From: a virus
Length of the DNA: 64,000 nt
Direction: 5' to 3' (one strand)
Virus record (IMG/VR): IMGVR_UViG_3300036832_001373
Span: 32,001 to 96,000 of that record
Shown here piece by piece: positions 1 through 9,315 of the stretch. Position 1 is the stretch's first letter. Each line of letters opens with the position of its first letter. The position numbers were made by a program, and so were the translations under genes. The notes under the pieces were generated by a model. That model saw nothing but the letters and a program-made list of their open reading frames with translations. It was not told the origin of the DNA and ran no database searches.

Positions 1-1
1 A

Positions 2-1177
2 TTGAAAGAAAATTCCTCAGGAGAGATCGCCTCATCGTCGATTATTGGTTCTACAATAAAATTTTATCACCCTCACGGAGAGTCATCCATATATAGTGCT
101 ATGGTAAAAATGATTACTGACCATCAACCTGTTATCGATGGACACGGAAATTTTGGTTCGAGATTGTTTGCTATGACGCTTGGGCCAGCAGCACCTAGAT
201 ATACCAAGGCAAAGTTAAATGAACTTGGAAAACGTTATGGAGACCTAATCAGATTTACAGAGTATTATACCAACGAAAACGAAGAGGAAGAGCCTTTATT
301 TGTTCCAACGTATCTTCCATACGCTTTATTAAACGGTGCTTTAGGTATAGGAATTGGTTGTGCTACTAACGTTCCTTCGTTTGAACTAGAAGACATTAAA
401 AAAGCAGTTAAAGAGTTACTTGGAGGAACTAGAGTTGAGAATGTTACTCCTATGAAACCTTCCTCTCCAGGAGGCGGAAAGATAGAAATAGACGAGAAAA
501 ACCTTAGATCGTTAAATTTTGAAGGAAGAGGAATGGGGTACTCTTGTGCAGATGTTAGTTGGTTTCACGATCCAATCTCACAGCAAAATGCTTTGAAGAT
601 ATCAAATGTTCCAAACTACGTTAACTTACAAAAGTTAACTGTTATTCTTAAGTCCGAGATAACCGATGGATTGATTTTCATACGAGATGAATCACAAGAC
701 AACATATGTGTAGTAGTTGGAAGAAATAAATATGTTAAGAGGATAAGCGACAATGAACTGGAGAAAAAAGTTAGATGGGTTTCTAGGAGACGTATATCTT
801 GGAATTGCACTTTTAGTCATGAGGGAATAGCACAAACTATGTCACCTATTAAGATACTGGAGACTTCTCTTAATTTTGCAATCGAATGTAACACTAGATG
901 GATGAAACATGAGAAAGAAAAAGTGGAGGAAGAAATTATCTTTGAGTCGGTCAAACACGAACTTGCTAAACTCCTTTCTGGAGGCGTATCAGATGATAGT
1001 ATCAGAAGGAGGCTTAGCCTTACTGAGGAGCAATTTAGAAATTTTGTTCAACGACCACTCTCCAAGCTTAGGTCAGCCAAAAAGGATACTGAGGAGTTGC
1101 AGAAAAAAGTTGGACGCCTCACGGAGTTCATACGTACTCCGAAGAGAGCTTACCGAGAAAGAATAGGTCTTCTATGA
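2..1177 (+). CDS. Type IIA DNA topoisomerase subunit A (GyrA/ParC/T4 gp52-like), 5'-truncated by window
   Basis: YHPHGESSIY, GHGNFGS and AAPRYT (catalytic Tyr) motifs, LLNGALGIGIGCATNVP; no C-terminal pinwheel domain. Confidence 0.92.
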   Translation: MKENSSGEIASSSIIGSTIKFYHPHGESSIYSAMVKMITDHQPVIDGHGNFGSRLFAMTLGPAAPRYTKAKLNELGKRYGDLIRFTEYYTNENEEEEPLFVPTYLPYALLNGALGIGIGCATNVPSFELEDIKKAVKELLGGTRVENVTPMKPSSPGGGKIEIDEKNLRSLNFEGRGMGYSCADVSWFHDPISQQNALKISNVPNYVNLQKLTVILKSEITDGLIFIRDESQDNICVVVGRNKYVKRISDNELEKKVRWVSRRRISWNCTFSHEGIAQTMSPIKILETSLNFAIECNTRWMKHEKEKVEEEIIFESVKHELAKLLSGGVSDDSIRRRLSLTEEQFRNFVQRPLSKLRSAKKDTEELQKKVGRLTEFIRTPKRAYRERIGLL

Positions 1178-1380
1178 AAAAGGATCTTGAAGTAGTTTGG
1201 GTTCCTAGAGACAATATAGTCCAAGACTTGGTAGATCAGTATCTTGGTAGGAAAATTGACTATCTAGCTCTTAACGTAGCCTTCAGAAAAAGAGGTTGGT
1301 CTACTGCAGGACTAAACGAAGTTGTAACTTATATGGAACAACAAAGAAAGTGGGCTGATGAGAAAGAAGTACTCAGTTGA
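1174..1380 (+). CDS. Hypothetical protein
   Basis: 68 aa ORF; ATGA overlap with upstream gene. Confidence 0.6.
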   Translation: MKKDLEVVWVPRDNIVQDLVDQYLGRKIDYLALNVAFRKRGWSTAGLNEVVTYMEQQRKWADEKEVLS

Positions 1381-1783
1381 TCTTAAAGATATACTAAACA
1401 GATTTGAAGGTTTTGAAGAAAGTTTAGGTCCCGCTGAGATGCAAGTTATGCATGACGCAGATTTGTTGCTTAAGGGTACTATACCTTCCGATGAGACGGG
1501 TAGGCTAGCTTACCTTTCCAGAAGTGCTCAAGTTCTCTCATCCTTGAATAATCTTTTATCTAGAATTTCTTTTGTTCATAGTCAATACACTATAGAGAAA
1601 AATGTTCACTGGGGTCGTTTGATTAATGAAGAAGGATATGAAGGAAGAGACAAATGGGTAACAGCATTGTCTCAAGATACTCAATTAGCTGACATGGAAA
1701 AAGTAACTACTGCACTGGCTGCAGCCAAGGATCACGTCAACAATTTACAGTGGATAATAAAAACCATATGTGGGAGATTATAA
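1358..1783 (+). CDS. Hypothetical helical protein (size and helicity reminiscent of UvsY-like mediators)
   Basis: 141 aa helical ORF in replication block; function is a guess. Confidence 0.45.
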   Translation: MRKKYSVDLKDILNRFEGFEESLGPAEMQVMHDADLLLKGTIPSDETGRLAYLSRSAQVLSSLNNLLSRISFVHSQYTIEKNVHWGRLINEEGYEGRDKWVTALSQDTQLADMEKVTTALAAAKDHVNNLQWIIKTICGRL

Positions 1784-1792
1784 GGCAATCTA

Positions 1793-1822
1793 TTTAGGGG
1801 AACTATGCCCTGTAACGTTAAC
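1793..1822 (+). promoter_or_regulatory. Conserved bipartite promoter-like motif, copy 1
   Basis: TTTAGGG-gaactatgccctgta-ACGTTAAC; same 15 nt spacing in 5 gene-boundary copies. Confidence 0.75.
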
Positions 1823-1866
1823 CTTTGGTAGACTTCCTGTAAGACTGCGGTAGAAGGAGTTAAAGG

Positions 1867-2649
1867 ATGACGAAGGAGACCAAGTTAAATAGTAATGAAA
1901 GGGTAGCTCTAGCAGCTATTCTTGCTAGAACTAATCTAGGAAAAGATCCTCCAAGTCATGAGGAAGTACAAAAACTCCTAGAAGTAAAAAATCTAACTAT
2001 CGAAAATGCAGTCTCGAATGTCTTTCACGATCTGATAAAATCGGACGAGCATTTTGAGACCTTCGTTGAAGAGGGAAAGTCTTTTCTAGGGCAGATTATC
2101 AAGAAATCTCACGATATCCTAGAGAAAGAAAACCCAAAGGAGTACTCACTGCTATTTAGTAAAATATCCAGTGAGGCAGTTAGTGGATCTGTAACCCCAA
2201 AGAAGGAGGAGACTAAAATGGACTCTAAGACAGAATCAAGTTCAAAAGATGTCGAGGAACTCAGGAGTGAGCTTGGACTTGGCGAAAAGAAAAAGCGCAA
2301 GTTGAGCACAGTCTATCCAGAAGGAAACTCTCGTCAGGAGAGGATCAATTCTATTACCAAAGGTCTCAAGGAGCATGCTCAGGCAAACTTGGACAAAGGA
2401 GAGAATTGGGATACCATTCTGAAACTTAACGATGACGAAATAGCTCACCTCATTGGGACTGGTCGTACTATCGGTTCAGCTATAGCTGGAATCAAAGTAA
2501 AGCTCCAGACAATGGACGTGAAAACTATTCAGACTGAAACAGCAGCGAAACTTGCTGAGAGGCAAAATGTTCAGGCTCTCACTCCTGAGCAAAAGGAACC
2601 TGCTCCGAAGGGAGAAGGTGACAAGAATCGTCCTGAATTTCTTAATTGA
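1867..2649 (+). CDS. Hypothetical protein
   Basis: 260 aa, AAGGA RBS, charged. Confidence 0.75.
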   Translation: MTKETKLNSNERVALAAILARTNLGKDPPSHEEVQKLLEVKNLTIENAVSNVFHDLIKSDEHFETFVEEGKSFLGQIIKKSHDILEKENPKEYSLLFSKISSEAVSGSVTPKKEETKMDSKTESSSKDVEELRSELGLGEKKKRKLSTVYPEGNSRQERINSITKGLKEHAQANLDKGENWDTILKLNDDEIAHLIGTGRTIGSAIAGIKVKLQTMDVKTIQTETAAKLAERQNVQALTPEQKEPAPKGEGDKNRPEFLN

Positions 2650-2659
2650 ACCATGACGG

Positions 2660-2860
2660 TTCGTTCTGTCCCGCGCAAAACGCGGGACAGATCAAAGTTG
2701 TCCCGCGGCAAAAAGCCGCGCCAAAGAACGTTCTTTTTACGTCTTTTCAGCTCTTTTTAGGCCTTTTGCCCCAAAAAGGGCGTCTTTTTTTGCGAAAAGA
2801 GGGCGCGGGGCGGCGCACACCCGGTGCCAAAGGGACACTTGAATTGCAAAGGGACGGAGA
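2660..2860. other. GC-rich hairpin/palindrome/phased A-tract element; candidate origin or protein-binding locus
   Basis: 11 bp stem 2665-2691, 6 bp stem 2704-2720, 14 bp palindrome 2723-2736, CTTTT at 2733/2743/2753/2763, CAAAGGGAC repeats at 2828 and 2847. Confidence 0.55.
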
Positions 2861-2866
2861 CCGAAA

Positions 2867-3544
2867 ATGGAGAAGTTTCTGGACAAACCTATAAACCCTA
2901 TACCTCTTTCCGAAGACGATGAAAGGGAGACCTTTCCTCTAGCAAGAGCATATGTTCCAAGAGATCCTACTAAAAGATATGTCTCGATATGGCAAGAGGA
3001 ATTGGAGCATGAGCTCCTTATTCCTGACGCTCCCTGGCTAGCTCCAAAACCTTACTTTGTTGCCAAGCAAAGAGCGACAAGCTATTACCGACAATTCACA
3101 AGAAGGGAAATGTGGTTAAGCGACGACAACGAAGTGGTCGAGTGGCAAGAGGTTAAGCCAGACGCTTTTCTCTTGGGAGAAAGTAACTTTCTGGACGCGA
3201 ACCTCAGTCCTGAGAGTCGGGTTTTGTTCAACGATTTGGTCAGGCAGTTGCTCTTTAACTTCGTAAAAGAGTTTGAAGAGGAACACAAGGCGGTCCAGCG
3301 TGGTCTTGCTTTGAAGTTTGTCTCAAGGTTGGTAAGAATGAGCCGTTTGGATGAGATCCTAGACGAAGATCTTAAAGCTAGAATTCAAGAAAGTCTCGGA
3401 GACGCCAACCCTTTGAAATTTAAAGACCTAGCCACGTTGGCTGGATTCAAGTCCAGGGACGGAGGCCGCTACTCGAACGATATAGGTTGGCAGTTCCAAA
3501 GAATATCCGAGGAATTAAGAGTCTTTACAAAAACCATGGTTTAA
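2867..3544 (+). CDS. Hypothetical protein (possible DNA-binding/origin-associated)
   Basis: 225 aa, GGAGA RBS; C-terminal FKDLATLAGF helix could be HTH-like. Confidence 0.7.
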   Translation: MEKFLDKPINPIPLSEDDERETFPLARAYVPRDPTKRYVSIWQEELEHELLIPDAPWLAPKPYFVAKQRATSYYRQFTRREMWLSDDNEVVEWQEVKPDAFLLGESNFLDANLSPESRVLFNDLVRQLLFNFVKEFEEEHKAVQRGLALKFVSRLVRMSRLDEILDEDLKARIQESLGDANPLKFKDLATLAGFKSRDGGRYSNDIGWQFQRISEELRVFTKTMV

Positions 3545-3614
3545 TTTAGAGACTAGAGTGTAACAATGAAAAGACTATGATCTAATAGAGGAAGGCAACC
3601 TCTTTGGGGAGAGT

Positions 3615-3776
3615 ATGGCTAACACAGATAAGTTTGAAAGGATCAAGAAATCAAACGATGAAGGGTTGGAATGGTACGTGGTTAAGAAAAACGGTATAGA
3701 AATGTACCATTGCCAAACTATAGCTCAAGCAGACTCGTGGATTGCTTTGAGCAAGAATAGATCCAAGGAAGGATAG
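3615..3776 (+). CDS. Small hypothetical protein (53 aa, not in ORF track)
   Basis: GGGGAGAG RBS, MANTDKFERIKK...SKEG*. Confidence 0.6.
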   Translation: MANTDKFERIKKSNDEGLEWYVVKKNGIEMYHCQTIAQADSWIALSKNRSKEG

Positions 3777-3827
3777 GATAGTTGATATGTATCAAAAGGG
3801 AAGTAAACCAGCAGAGGAGAGACTAAA

Positions 3828-4787
3828 ATGTTAAGTCCAGAAGTGTTGACTCGAGATCAGCTTATGGAAAAAGCTGCTGCTCGTGATAGAGATTTTAGGT
3901 CGATGAGTCTTAACTCGGTAAGAATCCAAGACTCTTCTAGAGGAAGAGGTATCGTCTTAAACGAAGAAACTATAGCGATTGACGATGGATTTAAGGAAGT
4001 GGTAGAGATGCTAGGAGCCCCGGTGGGTTTTGTTAAGAAAACCCATTTAGGCTTAGCCGACCAAATCGTGAAAAGACTTATAGAGGATGTTCCAGACAAG
4101 GAGATTCTCCTTCGTGGAGGAAGAATTCTAGGTCACCGTCAAAAAGGAGGAGGTCACGTTCCAGCAGTAGAAGTTTGTGAGAAAGTTCTAAGAACAGTTC
4201 CAGATATCGAAAAGGTTATGTTCTTCGATCTAGGGAAAAGTTTTGACGCACAGGTTCTGTGTCATAGTCTGGAGGTCAAGCCAAAAGTCAACGACATAGT
4301 TCGTGGAGGAGTTAGACTGTTATACTCTGAGTATATGCTTAGAGAGCCAGAGATCTCCACATTTAGCGAACGATTGGTTTGTTTGAACGGTATGACTCAC
4401 CGAGAAAATCGTGTGACTTTCAAGTTTGAGACTCACCAAAAGTTCATGGACGAACTAGAGTCCTCAGTCAACTTTTGCCTAAGTTACTTTAATACCTCGG
4501 TAGGAGAGAACCTCAAGAAAGCTGTGGAGATGAAGGCTCCAGGGGATCAGATTATACGTCAAGCGTTCTCTAGAAACCGTATAAACCCTCGGTACTATGA
4601 TGATGTACTTCTGGCTCATGCTTCCGAAAACGACGGAAGTGCTTATGGTGTTCTTCAAGCTTTCACCAGAGCAGCCAACGCACAAGACAACTATGAGAGA
4701 CGTTCTAAGCTCCAAGAGGTTGGAGGAATTGAATTGCTTGAGGTAGCTAGAGCACACTGTCCCACATGTTACTCCGCATTAAATTAG
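3828..4787 (+). CDS. DUF932-like phage protein
   Basis: GAGGAGA RBS; RLVCLNGM motif and SAYGVLQAFTRAA helix typical of this family; C-terminal CPTC. Confidence 0.6.
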   Translation: MLSPEVLTRDQLMEKAAARDRDFRSMSLNSVRIQDSSRGRGIVLNEETIAIDDGFKEVVEMLGAPVGFVKKTHLGLADQIVKRLIEDVPDKEILLRGGRILGHRQKGGGHVPAVEVCEKVLRTVPDIEKVMFFDLGKSFDAQVLCHSLEVKPKVNDIVRGGVRLLYSEYMLREPEISTFSERLVCLNGMTHRENRVTFKFETHQKFMDELESSVNFCLSYFNTSVGENLKKAVEMKAPGDQIIRQAFSRNRINPRYYDDVLLAHASENDGSAYGVLQAFTRAANAQDNYERRSKLQEVGGIELLEVARAHCPTCYSALN

Positions 4788-4800
4788 GTATGGAGGAGCA

Positions 4801-5451
4801 ATGTACTCAGGACATCCTTACTATGGTTACTTTGCTAACATGATAAAGAGAGGTAATAGGTTAGGACGTGACTTCTCTCTAGGAGAAGAGGACTTTAATA
4901 AGTGGCTAGGGATTATAGGACTCATCCCTGAAGATATGTCACGACCATCGGTCGGAAGAGTAGATCATTCCAAAGGGTACGTTTTCGACCAAGAGAAAGG
5001 TAGGTGGAACTTTAGATGGCAAGAACTTAGTGATAATCACAGCGAAGGAGGAACTAGAGGAGCCTTTACAGCGTTTTCATCCGAACAGAGAACAGCATAC
5101 GGGAAACTTGGAGGTAAACGTGCTGCAGAGTTAGGAAGATCCGGATTTCAGAATTTCACTCCTGAACAACGATCAGAGTATGGTAGAGAGTCTTGGAAAG
5201 ATAAAACTAAAGAAGAAATTATGGAGAGAACACGGTTCTTTAGATCGGAGGAACACAAACAGTGCGTGGATAGGTGGAACTCTGATCCAACGAATCCATC
5301 GAAGACAGAAGTGCTACAAGCAGCTTCGGCTGCTAGCTTAAATCATGTCTCAAAGAGGATCTACGTTTGCAGAGTATGTGGAAAAGAATGCTCAAGTCCC
5401 TTGGGTAAGTACAATCATAAGAAGATTCATCCAAGTGGATTTGATGAGTAA
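4801..5451 (+). CDS. Putative homing-endonuclease-like protein (His-Me finger-like N-terminus, C2H2 finger C-terminus)
   Basis: SVGRVDHSKGY...NFRW...N resembles SIDRIDxxKGY HNH-type cores; CRVC...HKKIH. Confidence 0.55.
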   Translation: MYSGHPYYGYFANMIKRGNRLGRDFSLGEEDFNKWLGIIGLIPEDMSRPSVGRVDHSKGYVFDQEKGRWNFRWQELSDNHSEGGTRGAFTAFSSEQRTAYGKLGGKRAAELGRSGFQNFTPEQRSEYGRESWKDKTKEEIMERTRFFRSEEHKQCVDRWNSDPTNPSKTEVLQAASAASLNHVSKRIYVCRVCGKECSSPLGKYNHKKIHPSGFDE

Positions 5452-5464
5452 GAACTGATTGAGT

Positions 5465-5875
5465 TAGTCTAGCATCTGCCACCCAAACCGCAAATGCTAG
5501 ACTGGGGGAGTGAGTGGTTTATCTCCATTTTCCGCTCACTCCTCCGACCATAGCCCAGCATGCAGGTGGCTTATAATAACAGCGTGCAGTCTGGTAGGAG
5601 ACGGGTTTTGCTATGTTCCCGGACTTTCTCTGGATGCGACACCTGAATTGTGGAGTCCCGATGGTCGGGCAACTCTGTGGACGTGGTGGATCCTGTCCAG
5701 ATTCTTCGGACCAGACAATTTATTAGGAAATTTAGTTTCTGTTCCCTGACGTGGTCAAGCTCGGCTACCAGACTTAATAGCCAGGCTCTCTAGACCCGGC
5801 CACGAGCAGGCGGGACGACTCTGGGTTGTTCTCCTATCTCTCCGAGTCGTCCCGAGATCTCTTTATCAAAGGAGT
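5465..5875 (+). ncRNA. Large structured non-coding RNA candidate (unclassified)
   Basis: GC-rich intergenic region with consecutive stems 5466-5503, 5504-5545 (14 bp, 2 G-U), 5588-5597/5765-5774 and 5811-5854. Confidence 0.65.
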
Positions 5876-5882
5876 TAGAACA

Positions 5883-6164
5883 ATGGAGTCTCTCTTAGGC
5901 TATATGATTAGTTTCGAAACCTGGAAGAAGTATATCAGACTTTCAACGGGTAGTGATGATATGAAATCTAGAGTCATTTCTTTCGTTGTACTACTATTTA
6001 ATAAACCAGAATTTCTTGATTCTCTTAAACTTGGTTTGTCATTCGGTGAGTTTATAGAGACTCTTTCGTATGAAGAACTAATTGACTTTGAGAAAACTAT
6101 TCTACTTGCTCGTAACTTGAATAATGTTCCAATAGTCCAAATTGGAAGTGAAAAGATTAACTAG
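5883..6164 (+). CDS. Hypothetical protein
   Basis: AAGGAG RBS supports ATG 5883 rather than 5826. Confidence 0.6.
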   Translation: MESLLGYMISFETWKKYIRLSTGSDDMKSRVISFVVLLFNKPEFLDSLKLGLSFGEFIETLSYEELIDFEKTILLARNLNNVPIVQIGSEKIN

Positions 6165-6183
6165 CTAGAAAGGTTGACAAGCT

Positions 6184-6342
6184 ATGACAGCAGCTAACTA
6201 CACAGTTAAAGAAGTAGTGCGTATCGCTAGAAAGTATCTTAGCGAAGACAGTCTTAGAAAGATGGTTGAAGAACTTCTTAGAGTTGAAGGGAATACTTCT
6301 TTCAAGCAAACTATCAAAATGCTACACAGGGAGCTGATGTAA
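6184..6342 (+). CDS. Small hypothetical protein (52 aa)
   Basis: MTAANYTVKEVVRIARKYLS...; fills the operon. Confidence 0.55.
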   Translation: MTAANYTVKEVVRIARKYLSEDSLRKMVEELLRVEGNTSFKQTIKMLHRELM

Positions 6343-6344
6343 AG

Positions 6345-6512
6345 ATGCAGAAGAGGGCTATTATAGGAGCCTGCGATTGTTGCGATGAACCATACGTTGT
6401 ACTTCGCAGAACTATAGCATATGGAATCGAGACTTACGCATGTGCAGTATGTCATGGGCACGACAAGGATGAGTTTGATTGTGATCTCGAAGAACTGGAG
6501 GAAATCGTATGA
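6345..6512 (+). CDS. Small zinc-ribbon protein (55 aa)
   Basis: CDCC...CAVC pairs, acidic tail, ATGA coupling to next gene. Confidence 0.55.
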   Translation: MQKRAIIGACDCCDEPYVVLRRTIAYGIETYACAVCHGHDKDEFDCDLEELEEIV

Positions 6513-6844
6513 GTAGTGATACTGATCACAGTATAGAATGGAAACCATACGATGAAATATGTACAGAGATTTACTTTGACGGAGCAATGGTTGGATTTAT
6601 GATGAAACGTCCAGGTTACTGTGACCGAGGTCGCTGGACAATTGATATCCAGATATATAAAATGTTTAATGGATTTATAGTACCTTTGATTGATGACGCC
6701 GACAAATTTCCTCGGTACTACATGAGAAAAGAAGTAGCTATATCAGAAACAGAAGAGTTTCTTAGATGGAGATTTTCGAAGGAGATGGGTCATGATCAAA
6801 AGACCAGTTTATCCAATCAACCAGAAGTCTTGGTTTCCGATTAG
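6509..6844 (+). CDS. Hypothetical phage protein
   Basis: GGAGG RBS; KRPGYCDRGRW...DDADKFPRYY. Confidence 0.65.
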   Translation: MSSDTDHSIEWKPYDEICTEIYFDGAMVGFMMKRPGYCDRGRWTIDIQIYKMFNGFIVPLIDDADKFPRYYMRKEVAISETEEFLRWRFSKEMGHDQKTSLSNQPEVLVSD

Positions 6845-6959
6845 AGTTAAGTATGAAGACGAGGAGAAGGCTTGTATGGTCTCTTCCCCCTACCATCTTA
6901 GAGATGGAGTAGGGTTCAAAGTTCTAGCTGTAAGAGTTGTATCAGAAGATAGGAGCTAA
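6792..6959 (+). CDS. Small hypothetical protein (55 aa)
   Basis: GGAG RBS, MIKRPVYPINQK...; fills gap. Confidence 0.45.
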   Translation: MIKRPVYPINQKSWFPIRVKYEDEEKACMVSSPYHLRDGVGFKVLAVRVVSEDRS

Positions 6960-6960
6960 C

Positions 6961-7242
6961 TTGACCGAATCTTGGTATGCTATTCAACATAAAAAGACAG
7001 GTCAATTCTTAGGAATAACTGTTTCAGGAAACGGAGAAGCAGAGTTCTGCAACAGTTACAATTGCTATTTTACTGATTGCGAACCTCCGCATTTATTTGA
7101 GAAAAGAACGTATGCTGAGGAAGCTTTAACTGAAGATACTAAATGGTATAATACCGGATTGTGTTGTCCAGGTTGGAGGGACCCTTTCGATAGAGAAGAC
7201 TACAAAGTAGTTAAGATATCTCTTAAGGAGGAAAAGAGTTGA
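6961..7242 (+). CDS. Hypothetical Cys-containing protein
   Basis: AGGAG RBS before TTG 6961. Confidence 0.55.
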   Translation: MTESWYAIQHKKTGQFLGITVSGNGEAEFCNSYNCYFTDCEPPHLFEKRTYAEEALTEDTKWYNTGLCCPGWRDPFDREDYKVVKISLKEEKS

Positions 7243-8822
7243 GAGAAGTATCAGTTTCAGTCCAAGGGCTTAGTGCTACACTCCATGCTGGAGTTATAGA
7301 TACTGAGCTAATGGCTACCTACGAGTTTAAAGAAAGAATCTATGGAGGACGAAGAAACGGTAGATTTAGAGATGTAGTTTCAGAAGAACCAATTTTTATA
7401 AGAAACGGTAAATACATACGATGTGGAATTGGAGCTATATTGTTTCTAGCAAGAAACAATCCGTTCCTTTCGTTTAATTTTACAGAGATCCTACCTGAGC
7501 GTAAACCTCTACCTAAGATGGAGATTCCGCAAAAGGTGTTAGATTCTCCAAAATGGAAGGTTAATGGAAAAGAACGATGGTATTTTCACGAGGCGCTAGA
7601 AGCCTGTAGCAAGAACCATAGTGGTACTATAAAATTGCCAACAGGTTCGGGCAAAACGGTAATCGAGCTTACGTTGGCTTATAATCAGCTACGAGAGATC
7701 GGTAGTGGTCTCATTATTGTACCAACGAATACGATTAAGGATCAATTTCTTAAATCCGCCAGCCAATTCGGCATAGAGCTAAGAGATTATAGAGAGTGGT
7801 TGTGTGATTTTGAGTCTGACAAAAAGTCTATAATAATATCATTACCTATAGTACTATACAACGATATAACATCTTCTACTTTAGACCCTAAAATTAAAGA
7901 AAAACTATTGAGTATACAATGGATCATCGGGGATGAAGTTCATCACGCAGGGTGTGAAACATGGAACGGAATATTTATGGGACTTCCAAACCTAAGCCGA
8001 GGATATGGTATGTCTGCATTGCCTGTAACAGAAAGTTTACAACAATCAGTGAACTTTTCAAGTGTTTCCCTGGAGGATGCCCTAACGATATCAACGGTGG
8101 GCCCTGTAATTTACGAAAAGTCGACGAAGGAGTTAAAAGATTTTCTAAATATTCCAAGTCTAATAAATTTTAAGTATACTTGGCCTAAAGATCGTTGGCC
8201 AGATCAACAAACAGACGATTGGCATAAACTAAGACAACTTCAGCATAAGAATACAGAACGACTAGAAGTAATTGCTAATGTAATTAGAATTTTAATCGAA
8301 AGAAAATATAGAACGATTATACATGTTGGTGAGAAGAAGCTCGGAACTGAATTACTAAAACTAGTTAACAGTGATAAATGCGCTACGTGGTATGGCGGTG
8401 GAGAAGTAGAAGTTTCTGAAGAACTCTATAGAAAGATAATGGAGGCTGAAGGTGTGGATTTGAGAGGATCAATGCCTAAAATCTCGACCGACCTTCTTCG
8501 AAAGTACCTGGGAACTCTGATTTTTGGGACCATAGGAACTTCACATTTGATTGAAGGTTTGGACTTAGATAGTCCTTTGAATGCTTTAGTTTTAGTTGAG
8601 GGAAAGAAAGCTAGACAGATTCTACAAAAATGTGGAAGAATTGTTCGTCCAGATGTGAAACCGTCTATTATAGTTAACATTATGGACGAGGGTCTTTGGA
8701 TTTTACCGAAACACAGCAAGGAAAGGAAAGACTGGATTCAATCAGAGTTTGACACTGACACGTACAATGCCCAGAGTTTAAGCCACTTGGAGACTATACT
8801 AGCTATGATCGAAAAACGATGA
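7239..8822 (+). CDS. SF2 DNA helicase (UvsW-like)
   Basis: LPTGSGKT, DEVH, EGLD and QKCGRIVR motifs. Confidence 0.9.
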   Translation: MREVSVSVQGLSATLHAGVIDTELMATYEFKERIYGGRRNGRFRDVVSEEPIFIRNGKYIRCGIGAILFLARNNPFLSFNFTEILPERKPLPKMEIPQKVLDSPKWKVNGKERWYFHEALEACSKNHSGTIKLPTGSGKTVIELTLAYNQLREIGSGLIIVPTNTIKDQFLKSASQFGIELRDYREWLCDFESDKKSIIISLPIVLYNDITSSTLDPKIKEKLLSIQWIIGDEVHHAGCETWNGIFMGLPNLSRGYGMSALPVTESLQQSVNFSSVSLEDALTISTVGPVIYEKSTKELKDFLNIPSLINFKYTWPKDRWPDQQTDDWHKLRQLQHKNTERLEVIANVIRILIERKYRTIIHVGEKKLGTELLKLVNSDKCATWYGGGEVEVSEELYRKIMEAEGVDLRGSMPKISTDLLRKYLGTLIFGTIGTSHLIEGLDLDSPLNALVLVEGKKARQILQKCGRIVRPDVKPSIIVNIMDEGLWILPKHSKERKDWIQSEFDTDTYNAQSLSHLETILAMIEKR

Positions 8823-9295
8823 ACGAGGTCCTTAACAAGAAGAAGGTTGCATCTCTGGTGAGACTTCTGTCTTCAGAAAACGAAGGAGAAACTATAGCTT
8901 GTGTCAGAGCCTTGCGTAAAACTTGTTCCTTAGTTGACCTAGGAAACTTGATCGAAGAAAGTGATAGGAGTAGTCTAGCAAAGAAGGATATGCAGTACCT
9001 TTACGACTCAGGGTATAAAGATGGCTTTGAGAAAGGCAAGGAAGAGGGATACAAGCTAGGTTTAGCTGAGAGTCAGAAAACTTACTATCGAGGGAGTCAG
9101 TTTGGAGACGTATATGATAATAGTCTAGAGGAACAAAGAGTAATCTATTGTAGTGACCGAAAGCGTAACCTTAAAGCGCAAGAACAAGACTTCATAGACA
9201 GTTGTGTACACAGAGTTTCAGTCATGAAGAAGTCGTTGACACCGGCACAAGCCGGTTGGCTTAACAGTATCTACAGAAGACTAGGTGGACCTTAA
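8819..9295 (+). CDS. Hypothetical protein
   Basis: LSSENEGE...; GYxxG repeats; LTPAQAGWL C-terminus. Confidence 0.7.
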   Translation: MNEVLNKKKVASLVRLLSSENEGETIACVRALRKTCSLVDLGNLIEESDRSSLAKKDMQYLYDSGYKDGFEKGKEEGYKLGLAESQKTYYRGSQFGDVYDNSLEEQRVIYCSDRKRNLKAQEQDFIDSCVHRVSVMKKSLTPAQAGWLNSIYRRLGGP

Positions 9296-9315
9296 GGAAA
9301 CTTCTAACGAAGAAA

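Noticed and set aside
2646-2894. 82 aa ORF over the hairpin locus
   Set aside because: No RBS, TTG start, and the translation reflects the repeats and A-tracts
5504-5550. GGGGG...ACCA as tRNA/tmRNA
   Set aside because: Single hairpin only; no T-loop, anticodon arm or tag reading frame
5600-5635. Minus-strand GAGAAAGTCCGGG resembling RNase P RNA CR-I
   Set aside because: Its complement lies ~12 nt away as a local hairpin, no distal CR-V was found, and G-U pairs favour the + strand
5510-5749. 79 aa ORF inside the structured region
   Set aside because: Atypical composition and start buried in a stem; better explained as RNA structure
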